DNA of 64,000 nucleotides from Eledone cirrhosa (Eukaryota). The stretch covers positions 49,352,001 through 49,416,000 of the forward strand of contig OZ024743.1 in assembly GCA_964016885.1 (NCBI GenBank), written 5' to 3'. Below, one piece after another: positions 53,354-64,000 of the stretch. The translations under genes and the position numbers were made by a program. Each line of letters starts with the position of its first letter. Position 1 is the stretch's first letter. Below the pieces are notes generated by a model. That model did no database searches. It had not been told where the DNA came from and saw only the letters and a list, made by a program, of their open reading frames with translations.

Positions 53354-53645
53354 TCTATATATATATAAAACTTGTTGTCTGTGTGTGTGTCCCCTCATTT
53401 TTGCAAAGTCTATACAAATCCACATTTCTATTCCGATTGACTTCAAACTTGCATTTATATATTCCTTGCTGTCTAAAGATACTAACTGTTGCTTTTATTT
53501 TTCAATTTTCTGTTGTTAAAGGGGTGTTAGGCGCCGGTTATCAATCTCCGCCGAGTCCTTATAATATCTGTCTGTATGTCTGGCTGTCTGCACAACGACA
53601 TTCTGACGAACACGTCATTGCTGACGTATTATGTTCGCTACATTC
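53354..53645 (+). mobile_element. Helitron-like 5' end
   Basis: A|TCTATATATATATAAAAC..GTCTGTGTGTG..CCGATTGACTTCAAACTTG resembles non-autonomous Helitron 5' termini. Confidence 0.5.
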
Positions 53646-53678
53646 ACTCTCACACACACATATATATATACATATATA

Positions 53679-53736
<58 letters not shown>

Positions 53737-53767
53737 TTTGAATGGATACAGTTTAGTTGAAAGGAAT

Positions 53768-53884
53768 TTATTGACACGTGTTTCTATAACAGTTACATAA
53801 CCTAAAACAGCTATCTACAAACTTTTAGTTATGCAGACATTCAATATTTCAATGTTATTATTTACTGTCATTTCATCAGAATAA
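53768..53884 (-). ncRNA. Hammerhead, mirror copy
   Basis: Reverse complement of 54394-54510. Confidence 0.75.
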
Positions 53885-54393
53885 TATTACTGAGGACCTA
53901 TTTAGTTTTTATAGAGAATATTAGGAGGGAGGGGTGAAGTTGTTAGAAGAATAGTTGAAGGAGTGGTTTTTCGATAGCAGTGAGAATTCTTGGTGGCAGT
54001 GAGTAATTAGATTCCCATCTGTTGTTTTGACATTTTTTATAGAATATATTATTGGTTATTTTTCTAAATCTATAGAAGGATTAGAGATAGTAAAGATATG
54101 CGTGGTTGGTTTTGTGTTCCACGCTTGCATGGGTTTGGACGGGGGTTTTCCCACTTGAGGCAAGAGTGATTATCACGCATATCTTTACTATCTCTAATCC
54201 TTCTATAGATTTAGAAAAATAACCAATAATATATTCTATAAAAAATGTCAAAACAACAGATGGGAATCTAATTACTCACTGCCACCAAGAATTCTCACTG
54301 CTATCGAAAAACCACTCCTTCAACTATTCTTCTAACAACTTCACCCCTCCCTCCTAATATTCTCTATAAAAACTAAATAGGTCCTCAGTAATA

Positions 54394-54510
54394 TTATTCT
54401 GATGAAATGACAGTAAATAATAACATTGAAATATTGAATGTCTGCATAACTAAAAGTTTGTAGATAGCTGTTTTAGGTTATGTAACTGTTATAGAAACAC
54501 GTGTCAATAA
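54394..54510 (+). ncRNA. Type I hammerhead ribozyme with palindromic stem III and a branched stem II of about 90 nt
   Basis: TTATT-CTGATGA-a.ATGACAGT...ACTGTTAT.a-GAAA-CACGTG-TC^AATAA; predicted cleavage after 54505. Confidence 0.75.
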
Positions 54511-54659
54511 ATTCCTTTCAACTAAACTGTATCCATTCAAATCTTTCTATTTTTCTCCGGATTACATTTGGAACTACAACTGGAACCGTCGAGCAAACTC
54601 TACGTGAGCTGATAATCTACTGTGTGTAATATTTATATTACAACACAACGGAAAATACT

Positions 54660-54660
54660 G

Positions 54661-54692
<32 letters not shown>

Positions 54693-54950
54693 CACACACA
54701 CACACACATATATATACATATATACTTATATATACATATATATATATACACATATATACATATACACACACATATATACACATATACACATATATATATA
54801 TATATGTATACATATACAAACACATACACATATATGTATACATATACAAACACATATACACATATATATATACATATACAAACATATATACACACATATA
54901 TATATATATATATACACACACACATATATATATATGTATCTGTGTATATA
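54660..54950. repeat. TA/CA microsatellite block
   Basis: Direct reading. Confidence 0.95.
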
Positions 54951-56726
54951 TCATCATCATCATCAACGTTTAACGTCCGTGTTCCACGCTTGCATGGGTT
55001 TGGACGGGGGTTTTCCCACTTGAGGCAAGAGTGATTATCTTGCTCGCATAGGACTATCTAGCGGGTTTTCTACAGCTGGATGCCCTTCCTAACACCAACC
55101 ACATTTACAGTGTGGGGCTGGGAGGTTTTTACCGTGTTGCCTACATGGCCACATTACAGCGTGGACTGTCTGGCGGGTTTTCTACAGCTGGATGCCCTTC
55201 CTAACACCAACCACATTTACAGTGTGGGACTGGGAGGTTTTTACCGTGTTGCCTACACAGCCACATTACAGCGTGAACTGTGTGTTTTTTTGTCGTGACA
55301 CCTACACGATCTCATTTGTTTTGGCCTGGATGTTGTGGCACCAACATAACTTTACATTGAAAGGGGCGGTGTGGATGGGGTGGGACGGGGGTGAATTTTG
55401 TTAGAGATGCCTACTGACTGTAGTAGGTTTTACTTTGTATTTAGGTAAGGCGGGTCTTCTCTATTACTGAGTACCGCTAAAGGTCTTGGTCCAGTGACAT
55501 TGTCTTGGAGAGGTGTAAGTGTGTGAGGTCGGAATTTATCAGCTCGTCCCAGGTTTTTCTGGGTCTGCCTATTCCGTGGCTACCGTCTATCTTTATTGCC
55601 CTGCACTTTGTTATACAGCTATCGTCTTTCATGCGCATCACGTGACCATACCAACGTAGCCTTCTCTCGAGTAAACAACATCTGATCCCTCTTATTTCTA
55701 ATTTTTTCCTTAGTTCGTTTATGCTTTGCCGTTCACGTATATTACTATTACACATCCAGCGGAGCATGCAAGCTTCGTTCCTCTCTAGTCTGCGTATATC
55801 CTCTGCACACAATGCCCAGGTCTCACTGCCATGCAACATTGCTGTTCGTATGCAGGCATCATACAACCTGCCTTTCATTTTTAGGGAGAACCCTTTAGCG
55901 GCTAATAGTGGTATAAGCTCTCTGAATTTTTTCCATCCAGTTCTGACTCTAGCTACTGTACTTTCAGAGCACCCTCCCCCACTGCTGATTTTGTCACCCA
56001 GGTAACGGAAGCTGTCCACTATTTCTATAGAACCCTCTGCGCAGTTGAAAGAGCTAGTATTTTTTGGGCACTTGCTGCTACTTATTGCACCAGAGCACCG
56101 GCCACATGTAAAATCTATGTTCTTAGTTAGCTTACCTGTGATCCCACTACATCTTTTATGCACCCATACTTTGCATTTGGGACACAAAATGGAGTTTCTA
56201 CCTACGCCTTTCCTACACACTGAGCATGGCCACTTCCCGGAAGGGACCGCCGCCTTATTTTCTTGCTTCCATGTTTGGAATTTCTTCTCTAGCTCGGCCA
56301 TTGATTCAGCTATGAGTGTTAGGTCATCTGCGTATAGGAGTTCCCATGGGCAACCGGTCTTGAACTCCTCTGTTATAGCCTGAAAGGCAATAATAAATAG
56401 TAGGGGGCTGAGAACAGAGCCCTGATGGACGCCAACTTTTACGCTAAACTCTTCACTATATTCGTTGTTAATTCTAACCTTGCTGACTGTTTCTTTATAC
56501 ATGGCTTGTATAGCTCTCACAAGCCATTCGTCAACACCTAGTTTTCTAAGAGCCCACCAGATAATGGAACGGGGGACTCTGTCGGAGGCTTTCTCCAAGT
56601 CGACAAAAGCTAAGTATAGGGGTTTACTTTTAGCTAGGTACTTCTCCTGTAGTTGTCGTACAATGAAAAGAGCGTCTGTGGTACTTTTGCCTGACACAAA
56701 CCCGAACTGCATTTCCTCTAGATCAA

Positions 56727-56730
<4 letters not shown>
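54951..56730 (-). mobile_element. RTE-clade LINE, subfamily B, 5'-truncated; 411-aa ORF remnant with PHD insert; 3' UTR with tandem duplication of about 112 bp
   Basis: ORF 55477-56712: QFGF...GVHQGSVLSP...LLYADD...CSVC..CPKC..H..C..CGRC...FRYLG...RRLRWYGHV; (GAT)n tail. Confidence 0.96.
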
Positions 56731-56759
<29 letters not shown>

Positions 56760-56800
56760 CGATATTAACAAATGGAAACTATATTTATAAAACGATATCT

Positions 56801-56862
56801 ATTTTATTATACATATTTCAAGGATACATGTTAAATTATGGTATGCTTTCATCAGACAAAAT
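56801..56862 (-). ncRNA. Type I hammerhead ribozyme with minimal stem III
   Basis: ATTTTGT-CTGATGA-AAGcATAC...GTATcCTT-GAAA-TATGTA-TA^ATAAAAT, in a segment of about 130 bp between (TA)n tracts. Confidence 0.78.
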
Positions 56863-57819
56863 ACAATATATACCAGTTTTATAAATATATATATATATAT
56901 ATATTTATTTAGGTTTGTTGGTTCACCACTGGATAGAACTGGTCATTCCGTATGATCAACCTCAATGTAATATTATGGAGAGAACTCAACGTAACGCAAC
57001 TTACCCGTCTTCGTTTGTGTAGTTGGTGGTGTGAGTACAGAGTTTATTATTATAAAATAACAGGAGGCTGGACTGGTGTACTTTCTTAAAAGGTTAATAT
57101 ATATATATATACACAGATACATTGTAGGTCGCTTTAACCCGTCTTTTATTATTAAAAAATCTTCTTGCCAATAAACATTAACCCTTTGTGCGCCATTCAT
57201 CTAACTGTAGCCCAACAAATACTAACTAAACGGAGCCTTGACAAGAATGATAGTGAATGAATCTTCCAGGTAAGCAGTTTCCTCCCGAACTGTTAGTTCA
57301 CGCTGGATTCTCTGCTACACCTTTTCATAATAATACCGAACAACGTACTGTTGGTCACTCCTTCCTCCAAAAGCCGTACAAAGCGGACATGTGCATTGGG
57401 TAGATGGATGGGGTGCAAATCTACACCAGGCCTATGCGAGAAATTTGCAAGGGACTGCACCGAGAGGGATAGAGAGAAAGAGTAACTTAGTGGAAAGAGT
57501 GCGAATGAACTTTTGAGGTAAGTAGCCTACGCCTTACTGCTATGACACTGGAACCTTCTGCCAACTTAACCTGTGACTTTCTCTTTCACATTTACTCCAA
57601 AAGGCCAAAGCAGAGTGGAAACGCCGGGGGACAACTGTCACAGAAGGAGTATGAAAAGAAGGGGCTCAACAATATTTCTATGAACAATGCACGTAGACAG
57701 CTAAACTGTACTTTCAACTTCTTAATTTTCTCCGAATAAAACAAGTTTCCTCTCGGTATATTTTCGTGAGTTTTTAACAGGCACCCACAAATAAACGTTT
57801 CTCATTGGAGGTGTTCTTA

Positions 57820-57847
57820 CCCGTGCAATGCCGGGATACACTGCTAG
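57820..57847 (+). mobile_element. Helitron 3' terminus
   Basis: Hairpin CCCG-tgcaatgc-CGGG, 8 nt upstream of CTAG|T. Confidence 0.7.
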
Positions 57848-57871
57848 TAAATATGTATATATAGTTATATA

Positions 57872-58018
57872 CATATATTCAAATACAACCTACACATTAT
57901 GTGGAGATACATATATGCACACTATGTGTATAAACACACACACACGCACACACATATATATATATATATAAATATGTATATATATTTATATATATATGGA
58001 TAAATAAATATCTCTCTC

Positions 58019-58057
<39 letters not shown>

Positions 58058-58120
58058 ATACACATTATAGTGTGCATATATGTATCTCCACATAATGTGT
58101 AGGTTGTATTTGAATGTATA
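57872..58120. repeat. Inverted repeat, arms of about 90 bp around an AT-rich spacer
   Basis: ATTCAAATACAACCTACACATTATGTGGAGATAC... versus ...GTATCTCCACATAATGTGTAGGTTGTATTTGAAT. Confidence 0.85.
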
Positions 58121-58465
58121 AATTGTACATTGGTCAGTATCTTTGATGAAAGGATTCTTACTAAATAGTTGTTTATTTTTGTAAGGTTAAAAGTATATCT
58201 ATTTAGATGGATTGAAGTTGATATTTGCACTGTTAGAGTGTCTTGACCTTAAAGGTTGATCAAAACAATGACAACAACAACAACAACAACACTATGAAAA
58301 TTGTGTGAATTTAACTCATTCATTTATTATTAGTCATAGTAAGAACTCTTCAATAGAGAATTGATTGGGAAAAGATTTTAAAAAATTTCCACTGACTATT
58401 AACCCTTTTGCTACCATATTTCTAATGAAATACATAGCTCATGTCTTTCAATTTATTTTGAAAAT

Positions 58466-58645
58466 AATTGTTTCTACTTTTGGCCCAAGGCCAGCAATTA
58501 CCCAGTGCATTACTGGTACTTTATTTTATCGACCCCGTAAGGATGAAAGGCAAAGTTAACCTTGGTGGGATTTGAACTCAGAATGGCAAGTGCCGTAACT
58601 CTATGGCGTCCGACCCTCTACCGATACTGGCGATCCACTGACCCT
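58466..58645 (-). mobile_element. SINE family 1 with TSD TTTGAAAATAAT
   Basis: TSD at 58457-58468 and 58650-58661. Confidence 0.9.
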
Positions 58646-58988
58646 TTACTTTGAAAATAATGAAGAATTTAGAGGAATTGTTCATGTATAACCCTTAACA
58701 TCCTGTGCCATATGAAACCACATTAGCAAGACATTCTTGAAAAGTATAAAATAGCACAATAACACCATCACATAGAATATTCAAATCTGTTTCAAATTTT
58801 CACAATAATCTGTTCACCAGTGAAGGTACAATAAATATTTGAATTAACAAACTTGTTTTTAGATATCTTCTGTTAAATCTTTATCAGATGTTAAGAGTTA
58901 AGGCTGATGTTCTGAACGTAACAGATTCTTACATAAAATTATGAGAGAAGACTTTAATTTATAAATGAATACATGAAATATTTCATAA

Positions 58989-59335
58989 AAGTGTTGTGTG
59001 CTCACTTAGAAGTGTTGTATACTCACTTAGAAGTGTTGTATACTCACTTAGAAGTGTTGTGTGTTCAATTAGAAGTGTTGTGTGCTCACTTAGAAGTGTT
59101 GTGTGCTCACTTAGAAGTGTTGTGTGCTCACTTAGAAGTGTTGTTTACTTAGAAGTGTTGTATACTCACTTAGAAGTCTTAGGTCCTCACTTAGAAGTGT
59201 TAGGTGCTCATTTAGAAGTGTTAGGTGCTCATTTAGAAGTGTTAGGTGCTCATTTAGAAGTGTTAGGTGCTCATTTAGAAGTGTTAGGTGCTCATTTAGA
59301 AGTGTTGTGTGCTCACTTAGAAGTGTTGTATGCTT
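58989..59335. repeat. Minisatellite, 21 bp unit
   Basis: About 16 copies of AGAAGTGTT(GT/AG)GTGCTCA(C/T)TT. Confidence 0.93.
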
Positions 59336-59784
59336 AGACAAACGGCACATTTTTCCTTGATGAAAAAACGTGTTTATCTGAAGCATACCCAGTAAAATTA
59401 AGTGAGTACTGGCCAGGTCAGTGACCAATGGCATCAAACATTTAGTTTTCACTCAATAATGGTAATGTTGTTATAATTCAGTATGAAACAGTTTTTGCTC
59501 TTAGAACTTTCAGTAATACATTGTTAATATACTGTTATGATATATTTGATTTCCTTTGTTGTAGAGTTTGAAATTATAATTATCTTTAGTGATGTCACTA
59601 ATAACATACACACAGCTAAATGTTAATTAGTAATTTATAAGGAATAACCTCTCTTAGCTATTCTTGTCTATTGAACATCTTTGGAAGAGAACTAAATACA
59701 ATGATGGTTGACTATGTTAGAATATCAGTAGCAATCAATCAGATAGTTATATTTCAGTTGGTTTAGATATCCAAATGCACACAA

Positions 59785-59942
59785 GCATGGCTAGGTGATT
59801 AAGAAGTCTGCTTCTTGACCATGTGGTTTCAGGTTCAGTCTCATTGTGGGGCATCTTGAGCAAGTATTTTTTTAAAACTATAACTTTGAGTCAACCAATG
59901 CCTTGTGAGTAATTTTGGTAGATGGGAACTACAGGGAGCCTC
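59785..59942 (+). mobile_element. SINE family 2
   Basis: GCATGGCT..TTAAGAAGT..CAGGTTCAGTC..CTTGAGCAAGT..CCAATGCCTTGTGAGT..TTGGTAGATGG. Confidence 0.7.
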
Positions 59943-61139
59943 ATCATGTGCATGTATATACATACAAATTATATACATATATACCATACTTATATAGTTT
60001 GAGCAGACATCATGAAGGGAATCTGTAGAAAAATTGTCTCAAAAAGTGTCAGCCAGCTCATGCTAACATGGAAAGAACAGATACAAAAACTGATGAAAAA
60101 ATATATATAAGTGCATTTTCGTGCAGTTTTACCAGAACAAAATTACTTGGAAAAAAATTGTTAAATATCTCTTCTGGTTTCAATTGAATTAACATCTAAC
60201 CACATTCATTCTGTGTATAAACTCTATTCTGTTATTCCACCAATTCTGTTATCTTCCAATATATCAAATGTTGGAACTGTTGATTTGATATATCAATCCT
60301 GGCTTTAGTCGTTTTCTTGATCATTGATTACTCAGCATATCCCACTCCTTAGTATTCTTATTTCTCCTCCCTTTACACATCCCATTCATCCCTTTAGTCT
60401 CTCTCCCCTCCAAGTCCCCTCTAGTCTCTCTCCTCTCCTTTCAATTGTCAAACCATATAGTTATGGCGACATTCAGTCCAGCGACATTGAAATCTATTTT
60501 GTAGTTGGCTGGTGTCTTCTCTAACTACATTATCTACTGATTAAGGCCCCCAAGTAAAATTGATGTTCTCCAGCTTTAAGTGCATGAATAATCTGATAAT
60601 TGATGCTAAAATGTCTTTAAAATCTGTGTAAAGAACCACTTATATGTTAGTGCCTTTCTATATATTTCATTGCTGTTCTTATAGATTTTATCACTAACTA
60701 GTTGACTCCAAATCATCATCATTGGTTTTGCAACAGTTTTTCCATGCTGATATGGATTGAATAAAGACTGAAATCTTTCCTGGTTTCCATGAAGCATTAA
60801 GCAACTGAGAGTACAAGACGTGGAAAAGATGCCAATTCATTGCAAGGTTAATCCTTAGTTGCTGCTGGTACTAATTTTCACCTGTGTGAAATGAAGTGCT
60901 TTGCTTAAGGACACAACATGGCACCTGGTTCCATTATATATATGTGTGTGTCTTCCTATGTGTGTTTGCTTTCCATTGACACCGCTTAGGTGGTGACATT
61001 TGTTTATGTCCCTCAACTCAGTGGTCTAATGTGCAAAGATCAGTACCTTACTTAAAAAACAAGCAATGGTTGGTATAGAAAGGCATCCAGCTATAGAAAA
61101 CTGCTTGGAAAAATGTTATTTCATGCAAGCATAAAAACG

Positions 61140-61332
61140 ATGGTGGTGTTGGTAACAATAGGTGTGGTGGTGTGGTAACAATAGGTGTGTGGTGGTAACA
61201 ATAGGTGTGGTGGTGGTGGTAACAATAGGTGTGGTGGTGGTGGTAACAATAGGTATGGTGGTGGTGGTAACAATAGGTGTGGTGGTGGTGGTGGTAACAA
61301 TAGGTGTGGTGGTGGTAACAATAGGTGTGTGG
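61140..61332. repeat. GGTAACAATAGGTGT(GGT)n repeat
   Basis: About 8 units. Confidence 0.9.
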
Positions 61333-61544
61333 TGTTTTGTTGAACCAGCTTGAAGCTAGATATTACAAACTGACATATTGACACAGATACTGCCTTCTAT
61401 AAATGAAACAATTTAATGAAATCAAATGTTGATTGCAGCAACAAGAAAATAACATTTTCTCACAGTAAAATAAAACTGGTTCTTTGTTACTGTCTTTATC
61501 TGAATGGTTGTGAGGAGCTGATTGGATGTAGATATGGTATTTAG

Positions 61545-64000
61545 CTTGACCAATACAGCCACAATCCCTTGCAGGTGAATTATGATTAGTTGCTGATACA
61601 GTGTACAACCTGACCAATACAGCCACAATCCCTTGCAGGTGAATTATGATTAGTTGCTGATACAGTGTACAACCTGACCAGTGTAGCTGTCATCTCTTAC
61701 AGGTGTACTGTGTTGGTTGTTGATACAGTGTACAACCTGACCAGTGCAGCTGTCATCTCTTACAGGTGTACTGTGTTGGTTGTTGATACAGTGTACAACC
61801 TGACCAGTGTAGCTGTCATCTCTTACAGGTGTACTGTGTTGGTTGTTGATACAGTGTTTAACCTGACCAGTGCAGCTGTCATCTCTTACAGGTGTACTGT
61901 GTTGGTTGTTGATACAGTGTACAACCTGACCAGTGCAGCTGTCATCTCTTACAGGTGTACTGTGTTGGTTGTTGATACAGTGTACAACCTGACCAGTGCA
62001 GCTGTCATCTCTTACAGGTGTACTGTGTTGGTTGTTGATACAGTGTACAACCTGACCAGTGCAGCTGTCATCTCTTACAGGTGTACTGTGTTGGTTGTTG
62101 ATACAGTGTACAACCTGACCAGTGCAGCTGTCATCTCTTACAGGTGTACTGTGTTGGTTGTTGATACAGTGTACAACCTGACCAGTGCAGCTGTCATCTC
62201 TTACAGGTGTACTGTGTTGGTTGTTGATACAGTGTACAACCTGACCAGTGCAGCTGTCATCTCTTACAGGTGTACTGTGTTGGTTGTTGATACAGTGTAC
62301 AACCTGACCAGTGCAGCTGTCATCTCTTACAGGTGTACTGTGTTGGTTGTTGATACAGTGTACAACCTGACCAGTGCAGCTGTCATCTCTTACAGGTGTA
62401 CTGTGTTGGTTGTTGATACAGTGTTCAACCTGACCAGTGCAGCTGTCATCTCTTACAGGTGTACTGTGTTGGTTGTTGATACAGTGTACAACCTGACCAG
62501 TGCAGCTGTCATCTCTTACAGGTGTACTGTGTTGGTTGTTGATACAGTGTACAACCTGACCAGTGCAGCTGTCATCTCTTACAGGTGTACTGTGTTGGTT
62601 GTTGATACAGTGTTCAACCTGACCAGTGCAGCTGTCATCTCTTACAGGTGTACTGTGTTGGTTGTTGATACAGTGTTCAACCTGACCAGTGCAGCTGTCA
62701 TCTCTTACAGGTGTACTGTGTTGGTTGTTGATACAGTGTACAACCTGACCAGTGCAGCTGTCATCTCTTACAGGTGTACTGTGTTGGTTGTTGATACAGT
62801 GTACAACCTGACCAGTGCAGCTGTCATCTCTTACAGGTGTACTGTGTTGGTTGTTGATACAGTGTACAACCTGACCAGTGCAGCTGTCATCTCTTACAGG
62901 TGTACTGTGTTGGTTGTTGATACAGTGTTCAACCTGACCAGTGCAGCTGTCATCTCTTACAGGTGTACTGTGTTGGTTGTTGATACAGTGTTCAACCTGA
63001 CCAGTGCAGCTGTCATCTCTTACAGGTGTACTGTGTTGGTTGTTGATACAGTGTACAACCTGACCAGTGCAGCTGTCATCTCTTACAGGTGTACTGTGTT
63101 GGTTGTTGATACAGTGTACAACCTGACCAGTGCAGCTGTCATCTCTTACAGGTGTACTGTGTTGGTTGTTGATACAGTGTACAACCTGACCAGTGCAGCT
63201 GTCATCTCTTACAGGTGTACTGTGTTGGTTGTTGATACAGTGTACAACCTGACCAGTGCAGCTGTCATCTCTTACAGGTGTACTGTGTTGGTTGTTGATA
63301 CAGTGTACAACCTGACCAGTGTAGCTGTCATCTCTTACAGGTGTACTGTGTTGGTTGTTGATACAGTGTACAACCTGACCAGTGCAGCTGTCATCTCTTA
63401 CAGGTGTACTGTGTTGGTTGTTGATACAGTGTACAACCTGACCAGTGCAGCTGTCATCTCTTACAGGTGTACTGTGTTGGTTGTTGATACAGTGTTCAAC
63501 CTGACCAGTGCAGCTGTCATCTCTTACAGGTGTACTGTGATTGGTTGTTGATACAGTGTTCAACCTGACCAGTGCAGCTGTCATCTCTTACAGGTGTACT
63601 GTGTTGGTTGTTGATACAGTGTTCAACCTGACCAGTGCAGCTGTCATCTCTTACAGGTGTACTGTGATTGGTTGTTGATACAGTGTACAACCTGACCAGT
63701 GCAGCTGTCATCTCTTACAGGTGTACTGTGTTGGTTGTTGATACAGTGTTTAACCTGACCAGTGCAGCTGTCATCTCTTACAGGTGTACTGTGATTGGTT
63801 GTTGATACAGTGTACAACCTGACCAGTGCAGCTGTCATCTCTTACAGGTGTACTGTGATTGGTTGTTGATACAGTGTTCAACCTGACCAGTGCAGCTGTC
63901 ATCTCTTACAGGTGTACTGTGTTGGTTGTTGATACAGTGTTCAACCTGACCAGTGCAGCTGTCATCTCTTACAGGTGTACTGTGATTGGTTGTTGATACA
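61545..64000. repeat. Homogeneous minisatellite, 63 bp unit (64 bp variant distally)
   Basis: More than 35 copies of GATACAGTGTACAACCTGACCAGTGCAGCTGTCATCTCTTACAGGTGTACTGTGTTGGTTGTT; diverged edge units at 61545-61680. Confidence 0.97.

Larger units (their letters stand above)
53736..54660 (+). mobile_element. Young fold-back Penelope-like pLTR element within (TA)n
   Basis: Apparently identical 369 bp inverted arms (53736-54104 and 54174-54542), tail to 54660, hammerhead plus AATAAA in each arm. Confidence 0.8.

Noticed and set aside
61650-63584. 644-aa and 628-aa ORFs of 21-aa repeats on both strands
   Set aside because: A 63 bp unit without stops gives these ORFs automatically, and interspersed 64 bp units break the frame.

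Overview
AT-rich, repeat-dominated animal genomic DNA. The SINE and RTE families resemble those of octopus/cephalopods (inference). Most of the window looks intronic or intergenic. The only host-gene candidate is a possible first coding exon (16582-16848, MGNQLKK..., good GT donor). Everything else is mobile DNA or tandem repeat. It includes decayed RTE-clade LINEs of several subfamilies whose RT carries an inserted Cys4-His-Cys3 PHD-type finger, fragments of CR1-, CRE- and Penelope-like retroelements, and at least two SINE families. It also has TTAA/CCCTTT piggyBac-type MITEs, Helitron-like termini, about 10 minisatellites and many microsatellites; the long ORFs in the track come from these repeats. 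The main unannotated signal is a set of at least 8 loci with type I hammerhead ribozyme motifs. Six have intact CUGAUGA/GAAA/NUH cores, several have palindromic minimal stem III, and some have very large stem II inserts. They sit in short, mutually dissimilar fold-back or partial-tandem elements bordered by (TA)n-type microsatellites, consistent with non-autonomous Penelope-like (retrozyme-like) elements. All of this was read by eye; no folding or database searches were run.
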